NCBI GenBank assembly: GCA_030038095.1
Contig: JASHPK010000035.1
Span: forward strand, 26 to 64,025
DNA from: Thermoplasmata archaeon
GTDB lineage: Archaea > Thermoplasmatota > Thermoplasmata > Lutacidiplasmatales > UBA184
Length of the DNA: 64,000 bases
Direction of reading: 5' to 3'
The stretch's first letter is position 1; each line of letters begins with the position of its first letter. The position numbers and the translations under genes are program-made. The notes under the pieces were generated by a model, which did no database searches, was not told the origin of the DNA, and was given only the letters and a program-made list of their open reading frames with translations. Shown piece by piece: positions 63,152 through 64,000 of the stretch.

Positions 63152-64000
63152 CTACCCTCCGAGGCTCACGAAGTGCTGGGCGGCCGTCTGGATCGCCCCC
63201 AGGACGGGCTGGGGGTAGACGCCGAGGACGACGATCGCGACCGCGATGATCGCGATCGCGGCGGCGCGCCCGTAGCCGAGTCCTCCCGCGGGGAGGATCG
63301 GGGGCCCGGACCCGCCGACGACCGCCCCGGCGGGGAGCGGGGCCGCCGGCGCCGGGGCGTCGAAGAACATCACCTTGAGGACGCGCGCGTAGTAGAACAC
63401 GCTGAGCGCGCTGTTGAGGAGGCCCGCGACCGCCAGCCAGACGAAGTAGCCCCGCGCATCGACCGCGGCGCTGAAGAGGACGAACTTCGACACGAAGCCG
63501 ATCGTGAGCGGGACCCCGGCGAGGGAGAGCAGCATGAGACCGAACGCCGTCCCGAGAAACGGACGCCGGACCCCAAGCCCCTTCCAGTCGTCGATCAGCG
63601 GCCCGACGCCGAGCGCTCCGACCCCGGCGACGACGAGGAAGGCGCCGCCCTTCATCAGCACGTGCGCGAGGATCTGCAGGGTCGCCCCCGCGAGGGCCGG
63701 CGAGGAGCCGATCGCGACCCCGATCATCATGTAGCCCGCCTGGCTGATCGACGAGTAGGCGAGCATCCGCTTCATCTCCTTCTGGAGGAGCGCGAGCAGG
63801 TTCCCGACCGTCATCGTGAGGACGGCGAGGACCGCGAGGGTCAGCTGGAGGATCGGACCGAGGTTGACCGGGCCGACGCCGAACGGGAGCTCGCTGGTGC
63901 CCGAGAGGTGCGTCGCCAGGATCGGGCCCAGGAAGACGAGGAAGAACGCGAAGAGCCCGATCTTCTTCGTCCCGCCCGCGAGGAACGCCGACACGTCGGA
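63152..64000 (-). CDS. nuoN: Complex I-type (NADH/F420H2:quinone oxidoreductase) subunit N. Only the C-terminal part is in the window; the N-terminus lies beyond the window end.
   Basis: KRMLAYSSISQAGYMMIG, FGLMLLSLAGVPLTIGFVSKF and SVFYYARV motifs. Confidence 0.85.
   Translation of the reverse strand, partial: SDVSAFLAGGTKKIGLFAFFLVFLGPILATHLSGTSELPFGVGPVNLGPILQLTLAVLAVLTMTVGNLLALLQKEMKRMLAYSSISQAGYMMIGVAIGSSPALAGATLQILAHVLMKGGAFLVVAGVGALGVGPLIDDWKGLGVRRPFLGTAFGLMLLSLAGVPLTIGFVSKFVLFSAAVDARGYFVWLAVAGLLNSALSVFYYARVLKVMFFDAPAPAAPLPAGAVVGGSGPPILPAGGLGYGRAAAIAIIAVAIVVLGVYPQPVLGAIQTAAQHFVSLGG

Overview
Gene-dense, very G+C-rich (roughly 70% by eye) archaeal chromosomal segment. I can support 66 protein-coding genes and 2 tRNA genes. 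I found no rRNA, CRISPR array, transposase, integrase or prophage. Most content is core metabolism and information processing: DnaK, citrate synthase, an Sm protein, an HTH-fused riboflavin kinase, NadE, HisRS, HtpX, TiaS, a two-subunit 2-oxoacid:ferredoxin oxidoreductase, a LeuA/LeuCD/LeuB-type operon extended by thiolase+DUF35, aEF-1beta, CoaBC, succinyl-CoA synthetase, topoisomerase VI A/B, a polyprenyl synthase, a geranylgeranyl reductase and NuoN. The archaeal origin is clear from TiaS, Topo VI, AglB, aEF-1beta, an L41e-like micro-ORF, TATA boxes about 25-40 nt upstream of starts, and bulge-helix-bulge tRNA introns. A Thermoplasmatota-like euryarchaeon is only a guess. Stop codons are rare at this GC content, so the six-frame track contains many long spurious ORFs, including a 1,838-aa antisense ORF. 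I therefore made calls from family motifs, protein-like composition, GC3 bias and start/stop coupling. Many neighbouring genes overlap by ATGA/GTGA. The main second-look items are: (1) a ~2,200-aa AglB/STT3 oligosaccharyltransferase fused to a ~1,300-aa sequon-rich, C-terminally anchored surface-repeat module, translationally coupled to a second sequon-rich anchored protein; (2) both tRNA genes (Ala-GGC, His-GUG) carry T-loop (59/60) introns with near-identical BHB-forming flanks; (3) tiaS has no canonical start codon upstream of its conserved N-terminus; (4) a ~590-bp GC-rich stretch that looks non-coding and has several stems; (5) three conserved-looking micro-ORFs below the track cutoff (L41e-like, a four-CxxC zinc-finger micro-protein upstream of aEF-1beta, and a 49-aa CxxC protein); (6) unusual operon fusions (leu-type genes + thiolase/DUF35 without HMG-CoA synthase; Sm + riboflavin kinase + radical SAM + NadE).
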